DNA of 64,000 bases from a virus: IMG/VR virus record IMGVR_UViG_3300045988_151747; one strand, given 5' to 3'. Positions 36,493 to 45,135 of this stretch are shown here, in pieces. Below the pieces are notes generated by a model. The model ran no database searches and was not told the origin of the DNA. It saw only the letters and a program-made list of their open reading frames with translations. The translations under genes were made by a program, and so were the position numbers. The number at the start of each line of letters is the position of its first letter. Position 1 is the stretch's first letter.

Positions 36493-37904
36493 TTATCACT
36501 TTTCAATAATACCTCACGTCCGAAGAATATACCTTCCTCATCAATAGCGGTAATCTCTTTCTTAGACCATTTGTCAAGCAGGATAAGAATCTTGTCACCC
36601 ACTTCAACACCTTCCCAAAGAATATCTTGGGGAGCATACAAATCCACAGCCGAGAACAGACAGTTTATGATATTCACGTTCTCCACGGTATTCGCAATGA
36701 GTTTCTTGTTGAACTCGATTTTCTTATCCACGTCAATGGGATTCTTCAACAACTGGGTAGCGGTTATATCACCTTTGACAAACCGCATAAGCTGATACAT
36801 TGCTTCCGGACAATAGTGTAACAGGTAGTCAACCAAGAAAGGAACAGCCGGAATGGCTTTACCGTCAACGATTATCTTGTCACCGTCAATTCGCTCAACA
36901 TTATGGAACTCCGGAAGCAGAGTGCCCACGAATTTATATGTAGGTTCCTTGCTGGGAGTTTCAAACGTTTCCTCACGTGTAAGTTCCTCCAGTTTGTTAA
37001 GGAATGACTTGTATCTTATCTTGCGATTTGAAAGGTCGGTCAAAAGAGCCTTCACGTTTTTCTGCCAGCGTCTAAAGGGAATCATATCCGCAAACAGCAT
37101 AGGGTCGAAATCAGCCAGCTTACCGTTACGTATCCATGTGATTTTGCTCAGAACTTTCTTACGTAAAAGGTCAAAGTCCGGTTCTTCTTCCTCTTCAACC
37201 ACGATTTCCTTTTCAGCTTTCTTCTTGGATTTCTTGGCTTCCTTACCACGCTCAACGGCAGCAGCAAGTTCCTCAGATGTATGTTCAACTCTTGAAGTTT
37301 CAAAAAAATCTCCCAATTCAGCCGGAGTAGGGATGCCCTCGAACGGTGTGTCTACAACCTTATATTTTTTGGTCGTATCTTCAACCATAAATCCGTTTTC
37401 CTTGGTACATGAAATACGGTATCCACGGAAATGGAGTTTCCCTTTCTTGATTGTCACATCCTCACCGAAATAACGGTCTTTCAGATAACGCTGGTAAGTG
37501 GTAAGGCTCATTTCGTCCGTATCGACAATATCAGCCAATTGGGAGAAATCACCTATGACCTTATGGCAGGTTTTCTTTATCGTGTCAATCTCATACAGTT
37601 TACCGTTAACGGATGGAGCCACTTCAATGGATTCCGACTTTTTGGTTTTCTTGGGTTTTGCTTCCGATACAGGAGCAGACGGTTTAGGTTCTTCCGCCGG
37701 TTTCACCTTGACAATACCAAGAACACCTTTGACGTAATCAAGAAGTTCGGGATTCTCTGCCTTGAGAAGCTGGAACACTTCAATCTTTCCACCCATTTTT
37801 TCAACGATGCCTTCAACCTGTTTTCTTTCAAGTTCCACATTGGGAGTTTTACCGAATCTTGTTCTGAATCCTTTTACTGTGCTGATGAATTTTTTTGTTT
37901 CCAT
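36471..37904 (-). CDS. Hypothetical protein (477 aa)
   Basis: Long ORF with Lys/Glu/Pro-rich linkers. No catalytic motif recognised. Confidence 0.6.
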   Translation of the reverse strand: METKKFISTVKGFRTRFGKTPNVELERKQVEGIVEKMGGKIEVFQLLKAENPELLDYVKGVLGIVKVKPAEEPKPSAPVSEAKPKKTKKSESIEVAPSVNGKLYEIDTIKKTCHKVIGDFSQLADIVDTDEMSLTTYQRYLKDRYFGEDVTIKKGKLHFRGYRISCTKENGFMVEDTTKKYKVVDTPFEGIPTPAELGDFFETSRVEHTSEELAAAVERGKEAKKSKKKAEKEIVVEEEEEPDFDLLRKKVLSKITWIRNGKLADFDPMLFADMIPFRRWQKNVKALLTDLSNRKIRYKSFLNKLEELTREETFETPSKEPTYKFVGTLLPEFHNVERIDGDKIIVDGKAIPAVPFLVDYLLHYCPEAMYQLMRFVKGDITATQLLKNPIDVDKKIEFNKKLIANTVENVNIINCLFSAVDLYAPQDILWEGVEVGDKILILLDKWSKKEITAIDEEGIFFGREVLLKSDKWIKLED

Positions 37905-37916
37905 AATTTTGTGAGA

Positions 37917-38279
37917 TTAAATGTTTGATACTTTTTTAATTGTTGCCGGAGCGTTATTCTTATACAGGTACGCCCACTTTGTAACCTGTTCCATTGTTCT
38001 TGGTACGATACTGTCGTACTTCTGTTTGCCATTGCCGAAATCATGTCTGAAAACGGCTCCATCGGTGTTGTCACATAGGAACTCCAATATCCTTACAGCC
38101 TTGTTCCATACGGAACGTTTATAAAACTGGGGCTTGCAGAATCCTATGAAAATCAAATCTACGGTTTCTTGTATTCCCATTTGGTAAATTGTAAGCAGGG
38201 AATCAAAGTTCCCTACTATAAAGTTTAATGAATGACTGCCAGTTGATATGCCGTGTATCGCAAAAGGTAACGGCTCCAC
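37917..38279 (-). CDS. Hypothetical protein (start uncertain)
   Basis: 120-aa ORF. Overlaps the upstream ORF by 77 nt, and an internal Met at 38180 is an alternative start. Confidence 0.45.
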   Translation of the reverse strand: MEPLPFAIHGISTGSHSLNFIVGNFDSLLTIYQMGIQETVDLIFIGFCKPQFYKRSVWNKAVRILEFLCDNTDGAVFRHDFGNGKQKYDSIVPRTMEQVTKWAYLYKNNAPATIKKVSNI

Positions 38280-38511
38280 AATTTTTTCGCTTCAATAAAT
38301 CATTGAGCATCTTACGTTCCTCAGATGTTATTCCGTCAGTTTCAAACCCGTCAACATAATAGGCTTGTTCAAAAGCGGCTTTAGATACACCGAGTTTTTT
38401 GCTCCACCTGTTTATGAAAGCGGCTTCGTTCTTTGCGCTGGTGTTCATTTCACTTTCCTTACACATGGTATTCCTGTCAACCATGCTGATGCTAATTCTA
38501 ACTTTCTTCAT
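38203..38511 (-). CDS. Hypothetical protein, first gene after repeat/promoter copy A
   Basis: 102-aa ORF with its ATG about 26 nt downstream of the -7 box. Confidence 0.5.
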   Translation of the reverse strand: MKKVRISISMVDRNTMCKESEMNTSAKNEAAFINRWSKKLGVSKAAFEQAYYVDGFETDGITSEERKMLNDLLKRKNCGAVTFCDTRHINWQSFIKLYSREL

Positions 38512-38524
38512 AGACCGTTCGTTT

Positions 38525-38612
38525 TATTTCGATACACAAAAGTAGTTATTTTTTTCGGAATAACAAAATAGTAAGATACTTTTTTCAGGGTAACTATATT
38601 AATATTTGTTAA
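38525..38612 (-). repeat. 88-bp intergenic repeat, copy A (contains a promoter)
   Basis: 84/88 identical to 41211-41298. Includes the 10-bp palindrome ATATTAATAT. Confidence 0.9.
38537..38567 (-). promoter_or_regulatory. Bacteroidetes sigma-A-type promoter (TTTG-N19-TACTTTTG) inside repeat A
   Basis: Minus strand reads tatTTTGttattccgaaaaaaataacTACTTTTGtgtatcg. Confidence 0.6.
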
Positions 38613-38856
38613 TCGATAGTGCAGCGTTAAACAGGTGCACAAACTGGTATATAGTAATAATGAGTTCGGAAAATTGGTTTATATCAGTTAGTTCATGAAA
38701 CGTACTTAAATCAATCGGCTCGTTACCAACGTAACGGTACATTTTGGGAGGCTCGTTTTCGGTTACTGTAAACTTATACATATAGCTTTCCACTTTATCG
38801 GATATAAGCACAAACCAAAAATTGTCCTTGTCAGAACGCAAGAAATATCTTTCCAT
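38599..38856 (-). CDS. Hypothetical protein
   Basis: Start placed at the ATG at 38856 (MERYFLRSDKD...), 2 nt after the TopIB stop. The track ORF extends to 38967 inside TopIB. Confidence 0.45.
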   Translation of the reverse strand: MERYFLRSDKDNFWFVLISDKVESYMYKFTVTENEPPKMYRYVGNEPIDLSTFHELTDINQFSELIITIYQFVHLFNAALSINKY

Positions 38857-38857
38857 G

Positions 38858-39631
38858 TCATTTTTGTTTTTCCGGAAATGCAACATCATACATATAATCC
38901 CAAAGGTACGGGTCGATATAGCTGGTCTTGCATACCGATGCCGTATTGTTAAGTTTCTCGGAAACATCGGTACACACCTGTTTCACTAAAGCATTGAAAG
39001 CCGATTTGGTTTTAACCTCCATCAGTTCATCCTTATGCCGGCTGAATGATTTCCACGCTTCGATGTTGGCTCTCATGGTACGCAAATCCTTAGGAGTGAA
39101 ATTTGCTCCTATATGACGCTTGACAAACTTGGTAAACTCATAGGCGGTTATCTCGAACAGCGTTTCCGGAGGCTGTGCGGTAAGTTTGATTTTCTCCACA
39201 TGGGTCGCAAGGTCGCCGGTTACAACAAAGCTGTTCTTTACGGAACGTTTCCCCAAGAAGTTCAGATAGACCTTACCACCTCTTAGTGTAACGTGTTCCG
39301 GAAGCAAGGTGGTAAGACCATAGGTCTGAACGAACTCCGGTTCACGTGTCTTGTCATAGGGGCTTACGGTTGTCATATATCCTTCCGCCGAAGATTCGTT
39401 CCCTATGCGGATGCCCGTATGGAGCATCAGCCGGCACGCACACGCCAGCCGGGCGTTCAGTGTTACAAGTTCTCCCCTTTTTGCAATACGCCCCATCATG
39501 GAGTCAAGTCCGGTAAACAGTTTAGCCAGTTTCACCATCCTGTTGAACTTTCCCGAATAGCTTCCTTTCGGGGAGCGGAAAAACGTTATCATTTCACCGT
39601 CCACTTCAAACGTATATGTACCTATCCCCAT
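38858..39631 (-). CDS. Type IB DNA topoisomerase (poxvirus/bacterial TopIB family)
   Basis: Matches the vaccinia TopIB catalytic blocks: GIRIGNE (Arg), YGLTTLLPEHVTL...LNFLGKRSVKNSFVV (Lys), TPKDLRTMRAN (Arg) and NNTASVCKTSYIDP (Asn in the His position, then the active-site Tyr). Start chosen at the Met at 39631; the ORF is open up to 39739. Confidence 0.75.
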   Translation of the reverse strand: MGIGTYTFEVDGEMITFFRSPKGSYSGKFNRMVKLAKLFTGLDSMMGRIAKRGELVTLNARLACACRLMLHTGIRIGNESSAEGYMTTVSPYDKTREPEFVQTYGLTTLLPEHVTLRGGKVYLNFLGKRSVKNSFVVTGDLATHVEKIKLTAQPPETLFEITAYEFTKFVKRHIGANFTPKDLRTMRANIEAWKSFSRHKDELMEVKTKSAFNALVKQVCTDVSEKLNNTASVCKTSYIDPYLWDYMYDVAFPEKQK

Positions 39632-39807
39632 ACCACATAGTTTATAAAGTCGCTCAATGCAGTCATAAATTGCAGGAACATTCCCAGCAGCATAGCACCT
39701 ATAACGAACAATACTGCATACCAAAATCTCATCCACCATTTTCTGATAGGGGAAATAAGAACCTTGTTCCCGAATCTTCCGCTTATAAAGTCACAAATTG
39801 TATTCAT
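39622..39807 (-). CDS. Small membrane protein
   Basis: 61 aa with one strong TMD (WYAVLFVIGAMLLGMFLQF). Confidence 0.45.
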   Translation of the reverse strand: MNTICDFISGRFGNKVLISPIRKWWMRFWYAVLFVIGAMLLGMFLQFMTALSDFINYVVWG

Positions 39808-39812
39808 AATAA

Positions 39813-40124
39813 TTATCCGATTAAGTTTAAAATCATTTTCATTCCTTTCTCACCATAGTGTTCCGTAACAATGTCACGCATGGACTTTCCCTCTTCCTCG
39901 TAGTTACCGTACTTTTCATGCAGCCAGTCGTCAAAGGCGAATATGTCTATTATCACCAGTCTGAACACAACGCTCATAAGTTTGTCGTGAACCTTGGAAA
40001 ACTTGATACCGAATATACCCTCGAACTCATCAGCCACCTTCTGAATCTGGTAAAGCGGATATGGAGTGGGGGCTTCGCCCACCGCTCCGAACAATACTGC
40101 ATACAATGAAGCATCCATAGTCAA
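39813..40124 (-). CDS. Hypothetical protein
   Basis: 103-aa ORF. Confidence 0.5.
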   Translation of the reverse strand: MTMDASLYAVLFGAVGEAPTPYPLYQIQKVADEFEGIFGIKFSKVHDKLMSVVFRLVIIDIFAFDDWLHEKYGNYEEEGKSMRDIVTEHYGEKGMKMILNLIG

Positions 40125-40381
40125 TAAACGTTTTCGTCCAACAAGTCCTTTCCTATGAGTTCGTTCACCTGTGGGGCTGTCATTGTGTAGAACCTGCCCC
40201 TGCGTGACAAACCTTTTTCACTGTAAACCTTCTGACCGTGGTAACGGTCCTGCGCCTGACTGAACAATATCTGATACACGCCTGTGTACGCCACGATGTA
40301 AAGTTTCTGGGAGTACATCATCTCCACCTCTTCACGTAGCAGCTCCACACCACCTATCGTGCAATGAATATCCTTTCTCAT
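40121..40381 (-). CDS. Hypothetical protein
   Basis: 86-aa ORF with 4-nt overlaps on both sides. Confidence 0.5.
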   Translation of the reverse strand: MRKDIHCTIGGVELLREEVEMMYSQKLYIVAYTGVYQILFSQAQDRYHGQKVYSEKGLSRRGRFYTMTAPQVNELIGKDLLDENVY

Positions 40382-41001
40382 TTTCTTGTCTTTTTATTGG
40401 TTTTTACTCTTTTCTGTTTCAACACCATTTCCGATGTCTGCCATTTGTATGCGGCTTCCACCACGGCTTTAACATCACGTCCGTATTCGATGTCCTCGTC
40501 TTCCGTACCGTAAAAGAAATCCTTGTTGTCAACATCATACCCTACGTAACGGTAAGTGGGAAATTCCGAATCGGAAACGTACCTGTATATGCGGAAGCAC
40601 TGCCATCTTCCATACCACTCGAACTTCACCTTCTGACGTTTCAACTCATCTTCCAGCTTTCTGACGCACGCCATGAAATGTTCCTCGGTGCGTGACAGCT
40701 TGAAACCGCTTTCGGACTTGTCTTTCAGATACTCCATATCGTAGGGTTCAAGAACATCCGGTTCCTCATCCACGGTTTCTTCCGGAACCACATTGCCCTT
40801 ATTGTCGTACATTCTTTCGTCACGGACAATCTTTACCGAATGGTCGGGCGTACATGCCCACTGGTAGATTTTCAAAAGTGTTTCCTCATTCAGTGTCCGG
40901 AGTGTGTAAACGGAAATGGTAGGGCTTGCCTTATGAATCTCGAATATCAAATCGTCTACTGTCAATGCTTTTGTTCTCATAGTCGTAATCAATTGGTTCA
41001 T
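40378..41001 (-). CDS. Hypothetical protein
   Basis: 207-aa ORF. Confidence 0.55.
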   Translation of the reverse strand: MNQLITTMRTKALTVDDLIFEIHKASPTISVYTLRTLNEETLLKIYQWACTPDHSVKIVRDERMYDNKGNVVPEETVDEEPDVLEPYDMEYLKDKSESGFKLSRTEEHFMACVRKLEDELKRQKVKFEWYGRWQCFRIYRYVSDSEFPTYRYVGYDVDNKDFFYGTEDEDIEYGRDVKAVVEAAYKWQTSEMVLKQKRVKTNKKTRK

Positions 41002-41013
41002 TTAAAATAGTTC

Positions 41014-41175
41014 TTAGCGACAAACATCTTCAACTTTAACGTGTAATATTTTCCAAGTACCTATTGCCAAATCAAGTGTTCCATTGGGATTGATTTTCTC
41101 GATAACGAATTTTTTTACTGAGTAAAAGTTATAAGTTACCATACGTCCTAATTTTGCATTAAACTTCTTTTTCAT
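41014..41175 (-). CDS. Small hypothetical ORF (53 aa, below the ORF-track cutoff), first gene after repeat/promoter copy B
   Basis: Translated by hand as MKKKFNAKLGRMVTYNFYSVKKFVIEKINPNGTLDLAIGTWKILHVKVEDVCR*. The ATG lies about 48 nt downstream of the -7 box. Confidence 0.4.
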   Translation of the reverse strand: MKKKFNAKLGRMVTYNFYSVKKFVIEKINPNGTLDLAIGTWKILHVKVEDVCR

Positions 41176-41210
41176 CTTTCTTGTCTTTTAGTGGTGAATA
41201 CTACGTTTAT

Positions 41211-41298
41211 TATTTCGATACACAAAAGTAGTTATTTTTTTCGGAATAACAAAATAATAAGATATTTTTTTCAAAGTAACTATATTAATATTTGTTAA
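41211..41298 (-). repeat. 88-bp intergenic repeat, copy B (contains a promoter)
   Basis: 84/88 identical to 38525-38612. Confidence 0.9.
41223..41253 (-). promoter_or_regulatory. Bacteroidetes sigma-A-type promoter (TTTG-N19-TACTTTTG) inside repeat B
   Basis: Same sequence as the promoter in copy A. Confidence 0.6.
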
Positions 41299-41328
41299 GT
41301 ACGTACGGTTACGTTGGTAGGCACCGTT

Positions 41329-41625
41329 TTACAGGTTAACAAGCAAATCATAATCCTCACGTGACAATATCCGGATATGCTCGGTAACGAAAGTTTCAAA
41401 CAGTTTGACTCTTGCAAGGTTAGAACAATCGTATTTCATTACCCATCTCATAAACGGAACCATCTCGTCCGTACTATCCTTATACATGACTTTGGTATTT
41501 TGCCATGCTTCCGGACCTATCGTTTCCAGTAATGTTATGACAAACATCTTTTCGTTTGCAGCCTCGCACTCGTTTTTCATATACAATCCGCTGACACGGT
41601 TGTAAATCGTATATCTGAAATTCAT
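41329..41625 (-). CDS. Hypothetical protein (98 aa), distant paralogue of the upstream gene
   Basis: The C-terminus ...LSREDYDLLVNL resembles ...LSDESFNIIRNL in ORF 41622..41918. The two ORFs have identical length. Confidence 0.5.
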   Translation of the reverse strand: MNFRYTIYNRVSGLYMKNECEAANEKMFVITLLETIGPEAWQNTKVMYKDSTDEMVPFMRWVMKYDCSNLARVKLFETFVTEHIRILSREDYDLLVNL

Positions 41626-41918
41626 AGGTTTCTTATGATATTAAATGATTCGTCTGAAAGCAGATGCAGCTCCCCCTTAACGAACATGGTAAACAATCGG
41701 TCCTTTAACTGATCCCTCAAAGGAGTTGAAGCTGCATAGCCTTTGAAAGATATGCCGTTTATCTCTAATGTTTCCAGACATTCAATGGGAACATTGTCAA
41801 TGACAAGGGCAAACGCCTCTGTTATTGACGGCGCAAGGACTTCATTACACGTTCCGAATGCCGTAATATCATCCGGATATTCATAAGGGTTGTAATAGCT
41901 AAAAGTAAACTTTTTCAT
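41622..41918 (-). CDS. Hypothetical protein (98 aa)
   Basis: First ORF downstream of the 1.4-kb non-coding region. Confidence 0.5.
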   Translation of the reverse strand: MKKFTFSYYNPYEYPDDITAFGTCNEVLAPSITEAFALVIDNVPIECLETLEINGISFKGYAASTPLRDQLKDRLFTMFVKGELHLLSDESFNIIRNL

Positions 41919-43337
41919 AAGCAGTATGTTTCTAATTTAAATTCATTCCGTTTTCCAGTGACAGGAACGTCCGGACAATAATATTAAATATCATATTATA
42001 TATTCCTTATAGTTATAGTAGTTATTAATATTAATTGCCACGAAGTTCCCTGCACCTTTATCGTATTGTCAATATTTAGTTCTTTTCATCAAAGTAAATA
42101 TACGAAATATTTCACACCCGTCAAAACTCCGCACACTCACCCGTTCGCACACGAAGTATTTATTTTCAAATATGCAAATGCCACACAAAACCCGCAATTT
42201 TCACACAAGCCACACCACTCACACCGTTCCACACACAATCCATACATCATCCACACGCCACACAGTTACTTTTATTTTTATCAAAGTAAAAAATACAGGT
42301 TCCAAAATCTACTGTCTAACCTACGTCAACCACCCGACCCGTTTCCCGTACCCGATTCCATTTAAGGGTGGGGGCTGTCTATTCGAGCTATCATAGGTGA
42401 AATGCCACACATCCCTCTGGTTATTTCCATCCAAATATCTGCCACACACATTGCTTTCAAAGTAACAACCCTATCTATGTTCTATCCGTGATAAAAGTAA
42501 CTGTTCTTTTCTGAAAAATAACCGCCGGAAAAGTTAGTCTATATAATTAGAAAAACAAAAACGCCGGAAAGTTATTCTGTATAATATATAGTAGCCAATT
42601 AAAAACGCCCGTAATTAAATTAATCTAGTTACCTATATCAAAGTAAGCCTCGTTTTTCCCTATGCTGGAGTAATAAAAACGCCTATATGGACAATCTTCC
42701 TGTATAAAATAAGTAGTTTCCTAGGAAATTCCGGTATAACATGGATAATCTTATTATCTATATACGTAAAATAACACGCCAATTAGCCAAATTACAGCGA
42801 TTTTCTACCCTGCTGCCGCTAATTACACAGCAAAAAGCTGTCTTTTACCTTTCCCGCTTAGATATAGCTGTGGTTGAATAATGTCTAAGGTACTTATAAG
42901 TAGTATATCTATTGTTATTATTAGTATTATATAGATATATTAATAGTAAAACATTAACCCGCGAATGGGTTTCCGGAGATTCCGCGCATTTTCTCCCATG
43001 TAGTTACATATAAAACCGCAGTTTTACCCCCTTATTTGCTTGGTTAGATAATCTACCCTACTATAATTACTCCTTATTACCACTACCTAATTACCTGACA
43101 GCCAAAATAAAAACCCGTTTATGCGGAAATTTTTATTTTCACGCACAAAACGGGCTAATCAATTCGAGTCTTTTAAATACAAATTTGTGGTTGAGTAAGG
43201 TTTTTACTCAAAGTAAAATGAAAGGAGCCACTTTCACAAGCAACTCCTTTCTGTGTATAAACTAAATAAACTAATCTTCCCAACGCTTTGGGAAAGGCAA
43301 ATGTAAATAAAGCTAATTATAAACACCGACTAAAAGA
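41919..43337. other. 1.4-kb ORF-free, AT-rich, repeat-dense region (candidate origin, regulatory hub or genome terminus)
   Basis: No credible ORF on either strand. Contains GCCACACA boxes (42180, 42257, 42404 and 42441, plus a variant at 42209). TCAAAGTAA boxes sit at 42089, 42281, 42457, 42638 and 43208, with a variant at 42492. AAAAACGCC-type boxes sit at 42557, 42601 and 42675, with variants at 42515 and 42767. Very AT-rich stretches occur at about 41980-42050 and 42880-42960. Confidence 0.7.
43277..43294 (-). terminator. Possible terminator hairpin after the Dps-like gene
   Basis: TTCCCAA cgct TTGGGAA forms a 7-bp stem. The minus-strand sequence after it is only moderately T-rich. Confidence 0.3.
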
Positions 43338-43793
43338 CTATATTTTATCTTGAGTCCATGCGGTAAGGAACCAGCTTTTCAATTCATTCCACTTACTTAG
43401 CTGTGTCATTAAATCCGCAGTGACATAATCGTTCTGTTCATTTGCGTCCGAATAAATTTCGTTCTGCAAGTTTGTAAGTTGTATAAGACTTATCAAAGTA
43501 GCCTCAATCATAGCACGTGGTTCAGTAGCATCTTGTGAGCCTTCAACTTCTGAAAGTGAAGCGGCTTCGGGCAGCGTAAGATGGATGGGATAGCCTAACT
43601 GCCTGATTCGTTCCGCAACACTATCAGAATTTGATACGGCTTCATTATACAACTCCTCTAACAATTTATGCAATTCATTAAAACTTGGTCCGACAATATT
43701 CCAGTGGAATACATGGGTCTGTTGGTAGAACACTGTCCATGATGCAAGAAGTGCCCTCATACGTTCTACGGTATCTCTATTAATATTAGCCAT
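43338..43793 (-). CDS. Dps-like ferritin-fold DNA-protection protein
   Basis: ...FYQQTHVFHWNIVGPSFNELHKLLEELYNEAVSNSDSVAERIRQLG... matches the Dps ferroxidase-site pattern (HW.V.G..F..LH...E......D..AER). Confidence 0.8.
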   Translation of the reverse strand: MANINRDTVERMRALLASWTVFYQQTHVFHWNIVGPSFNELHKLLEELYNEAVSNSDSVAERIRQLGYPIHLTLPEAASLSEVEGSQDATEPRAMIEATLISLIQLTNLQNEIYSDANEQNDYVTADLMTQLSKWNELKSWFLTAWTQDKI

Positions 43794-43849
43794 AATATTT
43801 ACTGTTTAAATATGGAGCAAATATACAATATTAATTCAAATAAACAAAC

Positions 43850-44326
43850 CTAAGGAGTCTTATTATTGACAGATTTCCCACAGATTTTCAGTATTCTAGC
43901 CTTACGGGCATATTCATCACACCATCTGTTAACAGCATACCTCGGATGTTTTATATCCATGTGCCCCCGTATGTTCTTCGCATAATAAGAGGGAAAATTC
44001 CTATCAAGAATACTCTGCATTTCAATACGCAATCTTTCAATTGCTTCATTTTTATACGTATGTTTTTTCCTGTTTACTATATCCCTGCAACATTTGTTAT
44101 CCACATTGATAACAAGAATCTCAACGGGGATTTTGTTTTTCATCACCCAGTGTATCCCGTTCATTACAGACCATATCTCGGCAATATTGGAATCCCACGT
44201 GCGATTCTTGAACGGCGCCCATATTTTTACAGTGACTAAATCACAATTAATCCAGAGCGCATAACCGGCTTCTCCAGTAGCAGGATTAACAGAAGCGTCC
44301 GAATTGATTGTGCAATAACCTTTCAT
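43850..44326 (-). CDS. RNase H (RNase HI-like)
   Basis: The DEDD pattern is present: INSDAS, NIAEIW, INVDNK and IRGHMD...NRWCDEYARKA (compare E. coli [20 protein letters not shown]). Confidence 0.8.
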   Translation of the reverse strand: MKGYCTINSDASVNPATGEAGYALWINCDLVTVKIWAPFKNRTWDSNIAEIWSVMNGIHWVMKNKIPVEILVINVDNKCCRDIVNRKKHTYKNEAIERLRIEMQSILDRNFPSYYAKNIRGHMDIKHPRYAVNRWCDEYARKARILKICGKSVNNKTP

Positions 44327-44520
44327 TGTGACGCTCGTATATAAGATGCTACTCTGTTTATTTCTCCAACGGAGGGCTGATACTTCACTCCTTTTTCAGC
44401 CTGTATGTGCAGTATAGCCTTATACACATAAGGAATGTTTTCCTTGTCATACTGTACTGAATCTTCTTTCATAACAGTCCAGTCAGTTACGTAATTTGTG
44501 GTCAAAGCAGTTTCCATCAT
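44323..44520 (-). CDS. Hypothetical protein
   Basis: 65-aa ORF with 4-nt overlaps. Confidence 0.45.
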   Translation of the reverse strand: MMETALTTNYVTDWTVMKEDSVQYDKENIPYVYKAILHIQAEKGVKYQPSVGEINRVASYIRASQ

Positions 44521-44852
44521 ACGATAAAGTATTTTATAGTAAAATGAGTTTTGGGATAATCTTTTTCAAGGTTCTCGGAACCGAATACGGACACATGGAA
44601 TCCTTCAAGCGTTTTTTCTATTTTCGCCCCTATAAGTATTTTGTCCGGTTCGGTGCAGTTTACAACTCCGATGTAACGGTCCTCGGTACAACTTACAATA
44701 CCCAACCGTCCTCTCAGTTCGGATTCCGGTATGTTGTTTTTCTCACAATACTCAAACAGATACGTTTCAATTACTGAACGCTGGTCAGCCAATGCCTTTT
44801 GCACCAACTTTGAAGAAGCGTCCGATGGTTTTTCAATCAATCCTTTTGTCAT
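44517..44852 (-). CDS. Hypothetical protein
   Basis: 111-aa ORF. Confidence 0.5.
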   Translation of the reverse strand: MTKGLIEKPSDASSKLVQKALADQRSVIETYLFEYCEKNNIPESELRGRLGIVSCTEDRYIGVVNCTEPDKILIGAKIEKTLEGFHVSVFGSENLEKDYPKTHFTIKYFIV

Positions 44853-45135
44853 TATAATCTAATTTACGCATTATTATTCTTTCTACATTGTCATTTCTAC
44901 GGTGTAACTCCGTAAGGCATACAATGAGTATATCAACCAGTTCTTCCTGAACTTCGGAATACTCCGAAATATGTTCGGAAGAAACATCCTCATTAGCTTT
45001 AAGGAGTTCACAAAATTCATCTTTAAGACTATTTGTACACTCTGCATACCGTTTCATAGGAGCAGACACCTCGGTAATTTTCCCACGTTCAAGCGCACGT
45101 TTGTAAGCGTGCTCGGCAATTTCGTTTATATTCAT
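44833..45135 (-). CDS. MazG-like nucleotide pyrophosphohydrolase (tentative)
   Basis: All-helical, 100 aa. ...EFCELLKA... and ...VQEELVDILIVCLTEL... resemble the MazG EExxE/D metal-binding helices. Confidence 0.5.
   Translation of the reverse strand: MNINEIAEHAYKRALERGKITEVSAPMKRYAECTNSLKDEFCELLKANEDVSSEHISEYSEVQEELVDILIVCLTELHRRNDNVERIIMRKLDYNDKRID

Noticed and set aside
38858-39739. Reading the ORF as a tyrosine integrase, which would imply a lysogeny module.
   Set aside because: The motif order and spacing match TopIB (RIGNE ... LGKRSVKN ... KDLRT ... SYIDP), not the R...HxxR...Y pattern of integrases. No attP-like features or excisionase lie nearby.
42066-42396. + strand ORFs 42066..42365 and 42172..42396 in the non-coding island, both His/Thr/Pro-rich.
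   Set aside because: They are a by-product of the CA-rich repeat (CACAC translates as H/T/P). The two overlap each other in different frames, and there is no promoter or coding-like composition. The interval is treated as non-coding repeats.
42515-42800. Possible CRISPR array, suggested by regularly recurring AAAAACGCC... units.
   Set aside because: The repeats are short, degenerate and irregularly spaced (about 40-90 bp). There is no conserved 25-40-bp repeat unit and no cas genes. The pattern is more consistent with iterons or operator sites.
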